A stretch of DNA of 63,320 nucleotides, filler included, from Octopus bimaculoides (taxonomy: Eukaryota): assembly GCF_001194135.2 (NCBI RefSeq). It is 7 parts of 6 records of this genome, joined end to end, with 100 filler letters (N's around TTAATTAATTAA, not from the genome) between each part and the next. Parts side by side here need not be neighbours in the genome. Positions count along the whole stretch, not along the records: positions 58,953 to 61,430 come from NW_026437309.1; positions 61,531 to 63,320 come from NW_026347485.1; 5 more parts are not named here. The stretch is one strand, 5' to 3'. Under the pieces are notes generated by a model. It searched no databases and was not told where the DNA came from. It saw only the letters and a list, made by a program, of their open reading frames with translations. Below are positions 60,792 through 63,320 of the stretch, piece by piece. Position numbers and translations under genes: made by a program. Within the stretch, counting starts at the first letter, position 1, and every line of letters begins with the position of its first letter.

Positions 60792-63320
60792 CGCGCGCGT
60801 ATATATACATGTGATATAGCTTAAAATAAGGTTGAATCATTGGAGAACGTGGTACAGAGATATAGGCTGAAAATATAATCCATTGTAGACAAATGGAGAA
60901 AAGCACACACGAAACAGTACATGGCACGGACTACCGATAACGGTATATCGTTTCACTTTGAAGGTTATCTCTATGTAATTTAGGAACTGTAAATGCGAAT
61001 TAAGTGCCACTTGTGAAAAAGATAACAGCAAATGTAGATTCTGCAAGACTTTGTAAGCCAGCCAGATATTGAAAGATAATGTCCAAAACATACTGCCGCC
61101 GCTGCTGTCTTATCGGATCTCGACATGTGTGCGAAATTGCCAAAAATGAGCTGGAATGGAATTCGAAATATAATGATTGCAAGACCGTAGTTTCGATCGC
61201 CAGGTATGGCGTTGCGTTGATGTGTATTCTTAAAGAAAAAACACATCGTTTCACATTGCTTCTGCGGCGGCCACTTCAACACCTGTATAGACAATGGAGA
61301 TTTGTTGCGGGGAGTGAACTAATGTATAGCAGAAACGTTTGATCATCATAAACATATCAACTGGGCGGATTTATCATTAGGAGATCCAACCTAATCTTCT
61401 ATCTTTGACAGGAGAGTTCACAACCATATANNNNNNNNNNNNNNNNNNNNNNNNNNNNNNNNNNNNNNNNNNNNTTAATTAATTAANNNNNNNNNNNNNN
61501 NNNNNNNNNNNNNNNNNNNNNNNNNNNNNNTTGTATGTGTAAGTGTATGCACGTGTGTGTGTGCATGTATGTATCTATGTAAGACTGTATATCCTTGATT
61601 TAAGTGTATACGTTTTTCAATAACTTGTAAATTAATAATAATTTTCTCCTTTATATATTCGTTTTTTTGCTTATTCTTTTATGATTGGCTCCCCAACCCT
61701 GGGCTAGTTTTTGAGTAAGAGAACTCTTTTGAGTACACTAGCCTGTCCTGTCTGTGATCGTTGCTTCTCTTTGTTAAATTTTCTTTTTGGGNNNNNNNNN
61801 NNNNNNNNNNNNNNNNNNNNNNNNNNNNNNNNNNNNNNNNNNNNNNNNNNNNNNNNNNNNNNTGTCTCTCAGCTTTAAGCCTCTTGTAATATATATATTT
61901 TTTCATTTTTCAATATTAATATGTATACGTATAATTCTCTATGGCTTTTTTCTTCTAGTGAACCGGTTGNNNNNNNNNNNNNNNNNNNNNNGTGGCTTTG
62001 TTTACATTATATTCTACTAGATACATGTGGCTTTGTTTACAAAGACATTATGCTTTGTCTCGACCTATTACTATTTCTTTAAACATATCCATTAAATTTT
62101 TATTTTTATGTTATAGTTTACTGCTCATATAGACTTGCATACACATTGATATGTCTTTATTTTTCGTCTCTCTCTCACGATTACTATTATAATTTCACGC
62201 TTTTACAACTTGTTTGTAAATATCTTATTTTTCCCTATTACCCCATCTGTATTCTCCCTTTTTGTATCTTATTTTATTTTATTTTACTTTATTTAAAAAA
62301 AAAANNNNNNNNNNNNNNNNNNNNNNNNNNNNNNNNNNNNNNNNNNNNNNNNNNNNNNNNNNNNNNNNNNCATAAATTTAATTATAATTACTATGATTAT
62401 AATATTTTTCTTACATATTTTTATTGTCTTTCAAAATGTGCATATGTATTGAATCCAATTTTGCATTAAATCTAATTTTGATTCNNNNNNNNNNNNNNNN
62501 NNNNNNNNNNNNNNNNNNNNNNNNNNNNNNNNNNNNNNNNNNNNNNNNNNNNNNNNNNNNNNNNNNNNNNNNNNNNNNNNNNNNNNNNNNNNNNNNNNNN
62601 NNNNNNNNNNNNNNNNNNNNNNNNNNNNNNNNNNNNNNNNNNNNNNNNNNNNNNNNNNNNNNNNNNNNNNNNNNNNNNNNNNNNNNNNNNNNNNNNNNNN
62701 NNNNNNNNNNNNNNNNNNNNNNNNNNNNNNNNNNNNNNNNNNNNNNNNNNNNNNNNNNNNNNNNNNNNNNNNNNNNNNNNNNNNNNNNNNNNNNNNNNNN
62801 NNNNNNNNNNNNNNNNNNNNNNNNNNNNNNNNNNNNNNNNNNNNNNNNNNNNNNNNNNNNNNNNNNNNNNNNNNNNNNNNNNNNNNNNNNNNNNNNNNNN
62901 NNNNNNNNNNNNNNNNNNNNNNNNNNNNNNNNNNNNNNNNNNNNNNNNNNNNNNNNNNNNNNNNNNNNNNNNNNNNNNNNNNNNNNNNNNNTATATTTGA
63001 TTACCTAAGTCTGAGGAGCTAGGTTCATATGACAAGACTACAAAACTTTATGTTCCATGGAGTCAAATCAAACTGTTATTAAATACTAACATACGTGTTC
63101 CTAGTCAAATGCATTGAATGCCTCTTTCTTTTGTTTCTTCAATCATTCAGTTCATTTTATAAGTTGGTTGGTGTTAGGAAAGGCATCCAGTCATAAAAAC
63201 CCTGCCAAAACAGGCAGTGAAGCCTGATGCAATCTTCTGCCAAGCCACCTGTCAAATATCCAACCCATGCCAGCATGGAGAACAGATGTTAAATGATGAT
63301 GATGATGATTTGTGGTTGGA

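Noticed and set aside
61079-61342. 87-aa Cys-rich plus-strand ORF and overlapping minus-strand ORFs
   Set aside because: No recognisable domain or splice context; more likely a CpG-richer promoter-like or repeat region.

Overview
AT-rich, microsatellite- and transposon-dense animal genomic DNA. The SINE/LINE repertoire looks like an octopus (coleoid cephalopod); this is inferred from repeat families recognised from memory, not from a search. The window is not one contig: six 100-bp spacers (44 N + TTAATTAATTAA + 44 N) join seven pieces. Three host genes are supported. (1) A complete rps9 (+, four coding exons 27256-30869, 191 aa). (2) A previously unannotated-looking minus-strand gene rebuilt here from eight phase-compatible exons (44634 to 34467), convergent with rps9. 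It encodes a flavin-reductase-like domain fused to a C-terminal domain of unknown function, and the family GDH motif reads EDR. (3) One large exon (14169-14547, +) encoding the CHB_HEX carbohydrate-binding domain of a chitobiase-type GH20 beta-hexosaminidase, with no partner exons visible. The rest is decayed RTE, CR1, R4/Dong, Penelope-like, Tc1/mariner, Helitron and gypsy fragments, tRNA-derived SINEs and MITEs. The best leads are a candidate poison or alternative terminal exon inside rps9, the degenerate flavin-reductase fusion protein, and three minimal hammerhead-ribozyme-like motifs, two of which share a non-canonical CCGAUGA core with covarying stem II.
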